This document shows, piece after piece, positions 20,147 through 29,895 of a DNA stretch of 64,000 nucleotides. The DNA is from an uncultured Bacteroidales bacterium (lineage in GTDB: Bacteria; Bacteroidota; Bacteroidia; Bacteroidales; WCHB1-69). The notes below the pieces were generated by a model that was not told the origin of the DNA, did no database searches, and saw only the letters and a list, made by a program, of their open reading frames with translations. How positions within the stretch are numbered: the stretch's first letter is position 1; each line of letters opens with the position of its first letter. The position numbers and the translations under genes are program-made. The stretch lies in the NCBI GenBank assembly GCA_900315705.1, contig ONAB01000005.1:48510-112509 (forward strand), in the 5' to 3' direction.

Positions 20147-21220
20147 TTACGCATACAGTTCCGTGAAGATATCGCGCAATGCCTTGCATTCGCGAAGTTC
20201 TTGCAACGTAATTTCTGCGTGGCCTTTCGTATAGCCGTTACCGATGATCATCGTCACATCGCTACCCACGCCTTCTGCACCGAGAGCAGCCTTGGTGAAG
20301 GAGGTGGCCATAGAGAAGAAATAGACGACGCCGTCGTCCTTCGTGCAGAGCACAGAGGTCATCTCCGTATCGGGGATGTTGACGTTGTTGATGGTGACGT
20401 CGGCCATATGGCCGTCGGTGAGTTCGGAGATCTTCTCGAGCATAGCGACGGGATCGGAGGCATTGCCGGCGAACACAACATCGCAGAAGCCGAGTTTCTG
20501 GAGACGCTCAGTGGACTTCTGGCTGTGAGTCATACCAATGACTTTGCCAGTCACGCCGACGCGCTTTTTAGCCTCGTAGCAGCAGAGCATACCGGACTTG
20601 CCGCCGGCACCGATGATGAGGACCGTGTCGCCCGGTTTGCAGAGCTTGGCGGTCTGTGCGGGAGCACCAGCCACGTCAAGTGCGGAGAGGGCAAGCTTTT
20701 CGGGAAGGTCGGACGGGATCTTGGCATAGATGCCGCTCTCGAAGAGAATGGCCTTGCCTTTGATGTCCACCTGATCGACATCTTCGCGGATCTCAAGGAT
20801 CTCGTCGATGCGGAGCGGGGTCAGGGAAAGGGAAACGAGCGTGGCAATCTTGTCGCCCTCTTTGAGGTCGATTTTGCCCTTGAGAGCGTCGCCAATCTTC
20901 TCGACGCGGCCGAGGAGCATACCACCAGAACCGGTGCGGCGGTTGCGGTGCTTGCCCTGGAGTTCCACGTTCAGCAGCATTTCTTTCTTCACTTCTTCCA
21001 TCACAGCTTCGCGGCTGGCGCCTTCGCCGGCCTGCTGTTTAGCATAGTTGTGAATGTCCGTGAAAGATGCGGAGTCGATATTCAAGGTCTGGACATCGAT
21101 GAGAATCTCGTTGTCGTAGATCTCGTCCATATTGTTGTCAATCTTATTGGCGGGCTGCGGAAGAACGCCTTTGGGTTCAATCACTCGGTGAGTGCCGTAC
21201 TTGTTACCTTTCTTTTGCAT
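20147..21220 (-). CDS. kdd: L-erythro-3,5-diaminohexanoate dehydrogenase-like oxidoreductase
   Basis: The N-terminus KYGTHRVIEPKGVLPQPANKIDN matches my memory of Kdd. It also has a Rossmann motif IIGAGGKSG. Confidence 0.6.
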   Translation of the reverse strand: MQKKGNKYGTHRVIEPKGVLPQPANKIDNNMDEIYDNEILIDVQTLNIDSASFTDIHNYAKQQAGEGASREAVMEEVKKEMLLNVELQGKHRNRRTGSGGMLLGRVEKIGDALKGKIDLKEGDKIATLVSLSLTPLRIDEILEIREDVDQVDIKGKAILFESGIYAKIPSDLPEKLALSALDVAGAPAQTAKLCKPGDTVLIIGAGGKSGMLCCYEAKKRVGVTGKVIGMTHSQKSTERLQKLGFCDVVFAGNASDPVAMLEKISELTDGHMADVTINNVNIPDTEMTSVLCTKDDGVVYFFSMATSFTKAALGAEGVGSDVTMIIGNGYTKGHAEITLQELRECKALRDIFTELYA

Positions 21221-21503
21221 ATACTATTGGTTTTTAGATTTATACTTAATTGCCCTCCTTCATTTGGAAAGCGGTGCAAAAATAATCTTTTTTTTGAATA
21301 TCCAAACAGGCATTTCAAAAAAAATAATACACAATCGTATGTGAAAGACATTCCCCTGTTTTGCCGTCGGAACAGACTGCTATCACACTATTATTAATAT
21401 ATAGTAACGAAAAAAACAGGACCTGCAAAGTCTATTCGTTGCCATAAAAACGATCTTTTGCATTCGGATGAGTGTTCGTCACGATTATGCAGCGGCACAC
21501 ACA

Positions 21504-22268
21504 TTAACCTTTACGCGCACGGATGTACTCGGAGATTTCGCGGTAGATATTTCTCAGACGCTCGTCCTCCAGCATACGGATATGCTTGTCCATCACCTCA
21601 CGGTCGCCCCGCACGGCCGGACCAGTCTGTGCCTCAACAGGAGAGAGTTCCTGCAGTTTGTCGAGTGTCTGGCGCATCAGGGGAAGCAGCATCTTGAAAT
21701 CAAGTCCATTGGCGGTGAGGATTTCGTCAGCGGCACTGGCCATCGCGTTGCTGAAGTTGCAGGCAAACACGGCGGCGAGGTGCAGCACAGCGCGCTGATC
21801 CTCCCCCACCCTACGGCTCTGGTCGGAAAGTGCAGTCGCCAGACGCCACACCCGTTCACAGCTCACGCCAAGCCGGTCGTCCTCCACGCACAATGGGACC
21901 TCCAGTCCTTCCAAATCGGCATTCTTGGAGATGGTCTGCAAAGGATACAGCACCCCGTACTCGCGGGCGTGGCCTTCGAACACCCTCTGCGACACCGAGC
22001 CGGCCGTATGCACTGCCAGCGGCATCGTGAAGGGCACTTTCTCCAGAACCTCCCGATAGGCATCGTCCTTCACCGTGAAGAGGTACAGGTCACAGTCGCG
22101 GCGCAGCTCCGAGAGGTCGTCGATAGCCTGCGCCCCGACCTTGCCAGCCAGCGCACGCGCCTGGTCCATCCGCCTGCCGTACACCTGCGCGACGGGGAAT
22201 TCCTGTGAATTCTTCAGGCGCGAAGCCACCCAATGGGCCACATTGCCGGTGCCTATAATCGCAATCAT
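21504..22268 (-). CDS. Rossmann-like / DUF2520 domain protein
   Basis: MIAIIGTGNVAHW dinucleotide-binding N-terminus with a ProC-like layout. Confidence 0.65.
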   Translation of the reverse strand: MIAIIGTGNVAHWVASRLKNSQEFPVAQVYGRRMDQARALAGKVGAQAIDDLSELRRDCDLYLFTVKDDAYREVLEKVPFTMPLAVHTAGSVSQRVFEGHAREYGVLYPLQTISKNADLEGLEVPLCVEDDRLGVSCERVWRLATALSDQSRRVGEDQRAVLHLAAVFACNFSNAMASAADEILTANGLDFKMLLPLMRQTLDKLQELSPVEAQTGPAVRGDREVMDKHIRMLEDERLRNIYREISEYIRARKG

Positions 22269-23932
22269 CAGTAGGAAAACTTGCTGCCGCCCACGAACTC
22301 GCGCAGGATGGAGAGTCCCGGGATGCTGTCAGGCGGGATACTTTTGAAATAGGAGAGGAACTTGAGCAGGCGCGACGCCTCGGCATACTCCACAGCCGTC
22401 TCAGGCACCAGCCGCAAGATAGTGTTGGCGTAGGGTTTCAGCACCCCCAATTCGAAGACGAGAGAGGTGTTGATCATTTCGTCGGCATTCTCCTGGAAGG
22501 GGAAGATGTTCTTTTCCTCCCCATTGCGCACACTGGGCCAGCGGCGCAACGTGTCCATCGCCGAATAGCCGCGATAGTTGTAGTCGCGCACAATACGGCG
22601 CAACAGGCGGTTGTCGGTGGTGGGGATGGGGTTCTGACGGTCAATGGATATGGAGGTGAGCGCGGAGACGAAGATCTTGAATTTCACATCGTCGGGCACT
22701 TGCTCGGTGAGTTTGGGGTTGAGGCAGTGGATGCCCTCGATGACCATTATGGATTTCTCGTCCAGTTGTATCGACTTCCCGTTCCACTCTTTCTTTCCTG
22801 TGGTGAAGTTGAAGGTGGGCAGTGCGACACGCTTGCCCTCAATAAGCTCGGTGAGCGTGCGATTGAAGAGGGGCAGGTCGATGGCCTCCACGCACTCGAA
22901 GTCGTAGTTGCCGTTCTCGTCCTTGGGGGTCTGCTCACGCTCGAGGAAGAAGTCGTCCACGGAAATCAGGACAGGATGGTAGCCGAGCACGCCGAGCTGG
23001 ACGGAGATGCGCTTGCAGGTGGTGGTTTTGCCGGAGCTGGAGGGACCACTGATGAGCACCATCTTCACATTCGGGCGGGCGGCAATGGCCTCGGCCACAC
23101 TGATGATGCGCTTCTCCTGGAACGCCTCCGCCACCAGGATCATCTCCTTGACCTTCTTCTCGTCAATAAGGCGGTTCACGTCGCTGACATAAGAGACGCC
23201 CATATGCTCCGCCCAGGCTTTGTTCTGCTGATAGACAGAGAAAAGCTTCGGGTAGTTCCGCGTTTTAGCCATCGCGCTGAACTTCTTGGCAGAGGGCAGT
23301 TTCAGGAGCATCCCGTTCTCGTATTTTTCGAGCCCGAACACGGTCAGATAACCGGTGGAGGGCACCATATAGCCGAAATAGTAGTTGACGGTGTTCTCAA
23401 GTTTGTACACGGAGGTGAAGATATGGTCGCGCTGCTTGAAGAGCTCAGTCTTGTCCTCCAGACCGTGACTCTCGAACTCCTCGATGGCATTCGGGGTCAT
23501 CATCTCGATCCTTTCGAAGGGGATATTGCGTTTTACAGTCTGCTGCATCGAATGGAAGAGGCGCTGCACGAGCTCTTCCGACAGCGGTTCGTCCAGATTG
23601 TCGAGGGTGCAGTAGCGTCCGCCAGAGATGGAGTGCTTGATGCGCAGTTTCACCTTCAGGGGCAGCAGGTCGTGCACGGCCTTGCAGAGGAGGAGATAGA
23701 GCGAACGGATGTACATATCACGTCCGTATTTGGAATAGTAGTCAAAAAACTGGATGATGGCGGGCTTGTTGATCCGGTAGGAAAGGGCGCGGACCTTGTG
23801 GTTGACCAGGGCGCCCAGCATCTGGTGCTCACCCTCCACGTGACAAAGATGGAGGTATTCCTTCAGGGTCATCCCGTATGTAACATCGTGATGTTGTGCT
23901 GTGTTTTCGCAATAAATAGGTACAGTAGCCAT
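22268..23932 (-). CDS. uridine-kinase-family nucleoside kinase with N-terminal extension
   Basis: Start set at ATG 23930-23932. It has the P-loop GPSSSGKTT and a Udk/PRK-like C-terminal half. Confidence 0.7.
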   Translation of the reverse strand: MATVPIYCENTAQHHDVTYGMTLKEYLHLCHVEGEHQMLGALVNHKVRALSYRINKPAIIQFFDYYSKYGRDMYIRSLYLLLCKAVHDLLPLKVKLRIKHSISGGRYCTLDNLDEPLSEELVQRLFHSMQQTVKRNIPFERIEMMTPNAIEEFESHGLEDKTELFKQRDHIFTSVYKLENTVNYYFGYMVPSTGYLTVFGLEKYENGMLLKLPSAKKFSAMAKTRNYPKLFSVYQQNKAWAEHMGVSYVSDVNRLIDEKKVKEMILVAEAFQEKRIISVAEAIAARPNVKMVLISGPSSSGKTTTCKRISVQLGVLGYHPVLISVDDFFLEREQTPKDENGNYDFECVEAIDLPLFNRTLTELIEGKRVALPTFNFTTGKKEWNGKSIQLDEKSIMVIEGIHCLNPKLTEQVPDDVKFKIFVSALTSISIDRQNPIPTTDNRLLRRIVRDYNYRGYSAMDTLRRWPSVRNGEEKNIFPFQENADEMINTSLVFELGVLKPYANTILRLVPETAVEYAEASRLLKFLSYFKSIPPDSIPGLSILREFVGGSKFSY

Positions 23933-24111
23933 TATTCGTGATTTAGGCGGCAAAGATAATAAAAATACAATCACTTTTTTTCACACACATCAAGCGACCT
24001 TATTTATTTTTTTGTTTTGGAAAACGAAAAAAAATGGTACTTTTGCAACTTCTTTTTCAAAAAAAAGAAGAAGCCCTTAAATCATTAACGAATGACTATG
24101 TGACCTGCCCG

Positions 24112-25221
24112 ATGAAAAACATCCTCCACCTTTATTCGGAAAACGCCCTGGCATCCGACCTGACCGCACTGGTTTCGCGCACTCAAGGGACCGTCCAGAA
24201 CATCGGCGTCTTCCTTCCGCAAAACGAGGGATGCGTCGCCACTCCCGCCCCCGAACTTTCCATCCCCGTACACAGTTCCCCCACCCCTTTGGATTCCACC
24301 AAACACTTCCAGTACGACCAGGCGGTACGGAAATGCGCCGCATTCGTGGGGCAGCAGGTCAACCTTTCGGAGGTGTCGCTAATCCACGCCCATTCGCTTC
24401 TGGCTGGCGGCACCTTGGCACACGCCCTGCATTTGCAGCACGGCATACCCTATATAGCGGCCGTCACGATGGAGGACATCCGCTTCTGGCACGACAACCC
24501 TCTCCGCAGCCGGAAACTTCTGGTCCCTGTGCTCGAAAAGGCCACCCGCGTCATCTTCCTCAACAACAACTTCCAGGATTTCGTCGCAAGCCGGCTCAGC
24601 GACTCGGATGCCGACCGCATCTTCAGTCGCGCGCTGACCCTCCACAACGGCCTCGACCCCTTCTGGCTGCAGAACATACACATCCACAAGCCGGTTTCTA
24701 TGATACATATCCGCCTGCTCATCGCCGGCGACCAGCTGTCACCCAAGAGTCTGCCGCCCGTGCTGAAGGCCGTGCAGCTGCTGCGCAAGCGCAACTATGA
24801 TGTGTCGCTGACCGTGGTGGGCTGCACGCAGCAAAGTGCGGTGGTCAAAGACCCTTCGGTCCGTTTTCTGCCCTCCCCCACCCGCGAGGGACTCTTCCAA
24901 ATCCTTCGGGAGAGTGACATCTATATCACTCCCGCGCCCCAACACGCCACGCGGCAGTACTATGCCGAGGCGCTGTCGCAGGGGCTCCCCCTCCTCTACG
25001 ACCCGCACAACGGCCCCGACGGACTCAGTCCAGACGGCAAAATCGGCTATGCCACCCACACGCAATCCGCCGACGACCTGGCCGAGAAAATCCTGCTCGT
25101 GGGCGAGCGCTACGCCACCATCGAGCAGCACATCACTGACCTACACCCGCTGCACCTCTTCAACTGGGACGAGATTTACCGGGGGTACTTGAGGGTGTAT
25201 GACTCGGCGGGGGGAGTTTAG
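24112..25221 (+). CDS. glycosyltransferase (GT4-like)
   Basis: The ATG at 24112 is downstream of the TACTTTTG box at 24038-24045. The protein has a GT-B-like layout. The call is weak. Confidence 0.55.
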   Translation: MKNILHLYSENALASDLTALVSRTQGTVQNIGVFLPQNEGCVATPAPELSIPVHSSPTPLDSTKHFQYDQAVRKCAAFVGQQVNLSEVSLIHAHSLLAGGTLAHALHLQHGIPYIAAVTMEDIRFWHDNPLRSRKLLVPVLEKATRVIFLNNNFQDFVASRLSDSDADRIFSRALTLHNGLDPFWLQNIHIHKPVSMIHIRLLIAGDQLSPKSLPPVLKAVQLLRKRNYDVSLTVVGCTQQSAVVKDPSVRFLPSPTREGLFQILRESDIYITPAPQHATRQYYAEALSQGLPLLYDPHNGPDGLSPDGKIGYATHTQSADDLAEKILLVGERYATIEQHITDLHPLHLFNWDEIYRGYLRVYDSAGGV

Positions 25222-25251
25222 TGTTTAGACTTTAGACGTGAGACTATAGAC
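25217..25251. repeat. tandem heptamer array (TTTAGAC family, 5 units)
   Basis: TTTAGTG TTTAGAC TTTAGAC GTGAGAC TATAGAC. It begins inside the stop codon of the glycosyltransferase gene. Confidence 0.9.
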
Positions 25252-25320
25252 TTTCCTTGAGCAGCCCCGTAGGGGCAAGAGCTTGGTAGATCCACACAAG
25301 CGACGAAGTCGCGCAGTGTG

Positions 25321-25386
25321 GTGCCGTGAGGAGGAACCTGTGGCGCCGTGAGGAGGTGCCTGTGATGCCTTGACGAGGAGCCCCGC
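25321..25386. repeat. 22-bp tandem repeat (2 good units plus 1 degenerate unit)
   Basis: GTGCCGTGAGGAGGAACCTGTG / GCGCCGTGAGGAGGTGCCTGTG (19/22 identical), then a degenerate third unit. Confidence 0.85.
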
Positions 25387-25405
25387 AAATCGCAAATCGC
25401 AAATC
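25385..25405. repeat. tandem heptamer array (GCAAATC x3)
   Basis: Three perfect units that abut the stop codon (25407-25409) of the Omp85-family gene. Confidence 0.9.
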
Positions 25406-25406
25406 G

Positions 25407-27806
25407 CTAAAACGCGTACCCGATGGCAAATTTGAGGCCTTGGGAGAAGCGGACCTGACGCGGGCCAGAGAACCACTCCTTGTTGATCCATCGACCACCA
25501 AACGAGGTGCGCGTCGGGTCGTAAAGCGGCAAAGCATAGTCCACTCGGATCACCAGGAAATCGAAATCCAGTCGCAACCCTACCCCGGCATCCAGTGCCA
25601 GTTCTTTGTAGAAACGGTTAAACTTGAATTCCGCGCCGGGCATATCCCCGTGGTTGCGGGCCAGCCAAATGTTGCCCCAGTCGGCGAAGATGCCATACTT
25701 GAACGACCGGTAAAGCGTGCCCCGGTACTCCATATTGAGCTCTATCTTGATATCTCCGGTGAAAAGACTGTCCTTGCCGTGCTCGTAGCTGCCCGGTCCC
25801 AAGCCACGGTAGCTCCAGGCACGCATACTGTTGCTCGTCCCCAGATAAAAACCACGCTCGTACGGCACATACGACTCCTTGTCCAGCGGGATGATGGCCC
25901 CCGCGTTCATACGCATCGCGATAGTGTTGTTATTGTTGATCTTGTATGTGTAATTCCACGTGTATTCCAATTTTTCAAACGTGGTGTAGTTGTAGCCCTC
26001 ATCGTCCAGCGAGTTCCGGCTCAGCACCCAACGCTCCCCCGGACTGAAAAGGGCATTCAACCCCTTCAGGAAAAGTCCCGACGACTCGAAACTCAGCGAC
26101 ATACGCATATTATGGTTGCGCTGCTCGAAAGAGAAAGGCACCAGAAAATCAAAATTGTACTTCAACGAAAGCATAATGAACTTCCCGAACTTGTTCTGGT
26201 AGGTCTCCGAATAGTCTTCGAAATTGAGGATATTGGTATATAGACGGTTGTTAATGTTGATGGTACTGATATCAATGGGACTCAGGCTATGGTTGATATA
26301 ATAGTTTTTGCTCCAGTTATAGGTAATGCCGGTATTGTAAATCAAGCGGCGGTAAAGTCCCGAATAGTTCACACCGAAACGGAGCGCCGTATTCTGCCGA
26401 ATGTACCGATGCTTGCGATAGTTGCCAAAAAAGAGAAGTTTGGGGAACGACAACGAGACATTCACACCAAATTCCGGATAGGTGAAGGTTCTTTCTCTGC
26501 TGAAAAGATTGGAGAGCGAGTAGTAGAAATAGCCACCTGACAGGTTGACACTCAGATGCTCGGCACCCTTGAACAGGTTCCTGTTCGTGTAACTGAAGGA
26601 GACGTAGGACTTGTCATTGCGCAAGTCAATCTGGCCACCGACGCTATGCACTTTCTTGCGGGTCAACTTATAGAGGGCGTCGAGATAACCTATCCGATGC
26701 AGAGTGTCGAGCAGACTATCGGCCTCCACATACGAGATATTGATATAGGAAAAATTATCCAACTGGTTGAGTGACTGGCTGCTTTGGCGCTTGGCCGCTT
26801 GCGTGTACGGTTCGCCCGTATGGGTATAGATGGCGTCGGCAATGGTTCTGTACTGGAAATCGAGGATGGGCTCCGGAAGGTCGTCGTAATGCGGTGTGAT
26901 AAAACGGTATGTAGTGGAGTCGTACTTGTTCTTGAAATCGCGATAGCGCATTGTGTCCATTATCTGGTCGAAGGGGGCATTGGCGTCGAAATTGGTCTGC
27001 ACATACACATTATTGAAATAATACTTGTACAGATAGCGGGAGGCGTTTTCCCCCTTGGGGATACGCATCAGGATGGTCAGGGAGACGCTGTGCGGGTCTG
27101 GTTGTGTGGAGTCAGCAGGCTGGTCATAGGAGACCTCGCCTCTTATGATGGATTTCTCCACATAATAATAACCCTCATCTCGCAACAAGTTGATGATACG
27201 GGTAAACTCCTCCGTGATGAGGGCCTCGTTGTATTGCATTCCCTCGTGGAGCACCGACTCCAGCTTATGGATGACCACAATGCGCCTGTATTCGGGGATA
27301 TCAATGTCGTACTGTATCCTGCTGATTGTATAGGGTTCGTGGGCCGTTATGTTATAGTTGACCTTCACCTTCTTGGGATTGGTGCGGCGATGCACCACCT
27401 CATAATCGGTCTCCGCGTCGAAATAGCCCAACTGGCTCATCACCGTGGAGAGCTGGCGCAAAGAGCCCTCTATCTCCGTGGAGTCAAGCAGCACCGGCGC
27501 CTCGCCCATCCGGGTGCGCAGCATACGACGGAACTTGGAGTCCTTCAACTGCCCATTCTTGTCAAACTTGGGCTGCCCCAGACTGTATGCCATCGTGCGG
27601 ATGCTGAAGATGTCCATAAACTTCTTGTTGGTGATGGGACGCACGTAGGACTTGAGGTTGTCAAAGTCGGGATTGCGTTCATCCTTCACCACCACATTGT
27701 TCTTCACCAGCATATACTGGCCCTCCGAAAGCGGTTTGGTAGAGCTGCAGGCGGCTCCCAGCAACGCGATGAGCCAAAGCAGTGGTATCAGGCGCCGGCG
27801 GTTCAT
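25407..27806 (-). CDS. Omp85/BamA-TamA family outer-membrane protein
   Basis: Start at ATG 27804-27806 gives MNRRRLIPLLWLIALLGAAC (lipoprotein-type signal). The C-terminal surface-antigen beta-barrel ends ...FAIGYAF. Confidence 0.8.
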   Translation of the reverse strand: MNRRRLIPLLWLIALLGAACSSTKPLSEGQYMLVKNNVVVKDERNPDFDNLKSYVRPITNKKFMDIFSIRTMAYSLGQPKFDKNGQLKDSKFRRMLRTRMGEAPVLLDSTEIEGSLRQLSTVMSQLGYFDAETDYEVVHRRTNPKKVKVNYNITAHEPYTISRIQYDIDIPEYRRIVVIHKLESVLHEGMQYNEALITEEFTRIINLLRDEGYYYVEKSIIRGEVSYDQPADSTQPDPHSVSLTILMRIPKGENASRYLYKYYFNNVYVQTNFDANAPFDQIMDTMRYRDFKNKYDSTTYRFITPHYDDLPEPILDFQYRTIADAIYTHTGEPYTQAAKRQSSQSLNQLDNFSYINISYVEADSLLDTLHRIGYLDALYKLTRKKVHSVGGQIDLRNDKSYVSFSYTNRNLFKGAEHLSVNLSGGYFYYSLSNLFSRERTFTYPEFGVNVSLSFPKLLFFGNYRKHRYIRQNTALRFGVNYSGLYRRLIYNTGITYNWSKNYYINHSLSPIDISTININNRLYTNILNFEDYSETYQNKFGKFIMLSLKYNFDFLVPFSFEQRNHNMRMSLSFESSGLFLKGLNALFSPGERWVLSRNSLDDEGYNYTTFEKLEYTWNYTYKINNNNTIAMRMNAGAIIPLDKESYVPYERGFYLGTSNSMRAWSYRGLGPGSYEHGKDSLFTGDIKIELNMEYRGTLYRSFKYGIFADWGNIWLARNHGDMPGAEFKFNRFYKELALDAGVGLRLDFDFLVIRVDYALPLYDPTRTSFGGRWINKEWFSGPRQVRFSQGLKFAIGYAF

Positions 27807-27808
27807 AC

Positions 27809-28324
27809 TCAGTATTTGCTTTTGGCGGGATAGAAGATGTACAGACAACAGAGCAACAGAAAGGAAGTGAACACCGTATTGCACAAAATCACCAGCGACG
27901 TATGTCCGAAATTCGCGAATGAACTGGTTTCCAGCATCGTCACCAGCACTTGGTGTATCAAAGACAAAAGGATAACATAGAAGAAAATCCACTTGGTGTC
28001 TTTGATGCCGGGCACAAGGCGGTTGATGCCCTCCGTGCTCTTGCCGGAATCAAGACGTTTGACAAGATAGGGTCTGACAAACATCACCACCAGGCAGGCC
28101 AGGGCGTTCACGCCAAGAGTATGGGTGAACATATCCACCACCAAACCCGTGATGAAGCCGATGAAATATTGTGCGGAGAGCGGCAACTCTATCGGCAGCA
28201 GCAAAAGGGCCAGCAGATAGAGGGCGGGGGTGGCAAAGCCGAACAGGTTGATGTGGTTGCATACAAACACTTGCAGCACAATCAGCAGGAGGAAACGCAA
28301 TATGTTGGAAATGACGTTGTTCAC
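27809..28324 (-). CDS. mreD: rod shape-determining protein MreD
   Basis: 171-aa polytopic membrane protein directly after mreC. The stop lies 2 nt before the next start. Confidence 0.8.
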   Translation of the reverse strand: MNNVISNILRFLLLIVLQVFVCNHINLFGFATPALYLLALLLLPIELPLSAQYFIGFITGLVVDMFTHTLGVNALACLVVMFVRPYLVKRLDSGKSTEGINRLVPGIKDTKWIFFYVILLSLIHQVLVTMLETSSFANFGHTSLVILCNTVFTSFLLLCCLYIFYPAKSKY

Positions 28325-28336
28325 TGTATTATTATC

Positions 28337-29185
28337 CTATTCGGTCTTGAATCCTGCTTTCAAGGAGTCAAGTTCGGTTTTGTATTGGTTTTCTATCAAA
28401 TATACCAAGCCAAGCCGACTGAAGTCGGTGGCAAGTTTAATCTTGATGGTGAGGAAGCTGGCGTTCTTGCCAACCATCACCTCCTTGACGGTCCCGATGA
28501 GCAACCCTTTCGGGAAAATGTTGGAGTAGCCGCTGGTAAGCACCGAGTCGCCGATGTTGATCTCCAAGTGCTGCGGGATGTTCTCCAAATAGGCCACCCT
28601 GGGGTCGGGACCCTCCCAGACGACCGTGCCCACTTGGTTGATGGGCGACACTTGCGCGCTGATGCGCGAGTCGGGATGCAGTATCGGAATGACTGCCGCG
28701 AAGTGGTCGGACACATCACTCACCACCCCGACGACACCGGACGGCGAGGTCACGGCCATATCCTTGCAGATGCCGTCCTTGCCGCCCTTGTCGAGGACTA
28801 TGTAGTTGTAGGCCTGGTCTGTGGTCTTGAAGATGACGTGCGCGAAGGTGTAGTCGTAGAGACGCATCCGCTGCCGGTGCAGCGAGTCGGTCTCGCTCAT
28901 CCGCGTGAGCGTCGTGTCCTCCTTGACGATGAACATATTGTCGTGCTCGCGCATCAAGGCAATGTTCTGTTGCACCAGGTCCTCGTTCTCCTTACCGAGA
29001 CTGAAGGTGTGCACCATTTCCGACCAGCTCTTCTGGACCGGCCCTGTGACGGCTTGGCAGACGCGTGCAAACTTGTAGTGGCTGTACGACATCGACTTGC
29101 CCATCAGCAGCAGGCACAGCACCAGAAGAACTGCGAACAGGAAATAGTGAAAGTTGTTCTTCAGGAACTCGATCAGGTTGTTCAT
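28337..29185 (-). CDS. mreC: rod shape-determining protein MreC
   Basis: 282 aa with an N-terminal TM helix, a coiled segment, and a beta-rich C-terminal domain. Confidence 0.85.
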   Translation of the reverse strand: MNNLIEFLKNNFHYFLFAVLLVLCLLLMGKSMSYSHYKFARVCQAVTGPVQKSWSEMVHTFSLGKENEDLVQQNIALMREHDNMFIVKEDTTLTRMSETDSLHRQRMRLYDYTFAHVIFKTTDQAYNYIVLDKGGKDGICKDMAVTSPSGVVGVVSDVSDHFAAVIPILHPDSRISAQVSPINQVGTVVWEGPDPRVAYLENIPQHLEINIGDSVLTSGYSNIFPKGLLIGTVKEVMVGKNASFLTIKIKLATDFSRLGLVYLIENQYKTELDSLKAGFKTE

Positions 29186-29203
29186 AGGAACAATTCAGGA
29201 AGA

Positions 29204-29785
29204 TTACAGTTTTTCGGCGAACTCCTTGCCGGCGCGGAGGCAGGCGATGTTGGTGTTGACCACATCGTCACCCTTGCGGGCGAAGGTCTCGCGCACAGCT
29301 GCCTCTATCTCCTCGAAAGGAATGCCGAGATAGGGGGAAGCGGCACCGAGAATCACCATATTGGCGGAACGGGCAGAACCGAGATCCTTGGCAATCTGGT
29401 CGGCGTTGATGACGACCTTGTTCTTGAGCTTGCCCAGCTCCTCGGAAAGTTTTTCCGTGTCCGGATAGTTGGGGATGTTGATGAACGGCTGGTCGTTGGT
29501 GATGAGCCATCCCGTCTCGGGATTGAGCCACGGCAAGTAGCGCAGCGACTCCATAGGCTCCACGGAGATGATCATATCGGCCTTGCCCATCGGGATAAGG
29601 TCGGAAGCGATTTCCTGGTCGGAAAGACGGAAGTGCGACTGCACGTCGCCACCGCGCTGGCTCATACCGTGAACCTCAGCCTGTTTCATATACATTCCTC
29701 TTTTGACGGCTGCGTAGCCGACAATGGTGGCGATGGACAAGATGCCCTGACCGCCTACACCTGCTAATATGATGTCTATTTTCAT
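29204..29785 (-). CDS. iorB: indolepyruvate oxidoreductase subunit beta
   Basis: MKIDIILAGVGGQGILS... pyruvate/ketoisovalerate oxidoreductase gamma-type fold, downstream of iorA. Confidence 0.9.
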   Translation of the reverse strand: MKIDIILAGVGGQGILSIATIVGYAAVKRGMYMKQAEVHGMSQRGGDVQSHFRLSDQEIASDLIPMGKADMIISVEPMESLRYLPWLNPETGWLITNDQPFINIPNYPDTEKLSEELGKLKNKVVINADQIAKDLGSARSANMVILGAASPYLGIPFEEIEAAVRETFARKGDDVVNTNIACLRAGKEFAEKL

Positions 29786-29840
29786 TTTATTTCTTGAGTT
29801 ATTGGTTAAAAATAATCCTTTGGGATATTACCCATTGGGA

Positions 29841-29889
29841 GTTGACCAAAGTCCTAAGTCTAAAGTCTCAAGTCCAAGGTCAAGAACCC
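29841..29889. repeat. tandem heptamer array (NAAGTCY family, 7 units)
   Basis: GTTGACC AAAGTCC TAAGTCT AAAGTCT CAAGTCC AAGGTCA AGAACCC. It lies between the iorA stop (29896) and the iorB start. It is the reverse complement of the 25217 family. Confidence 0.9.
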
Positions 29890-29895
29890 AACATC

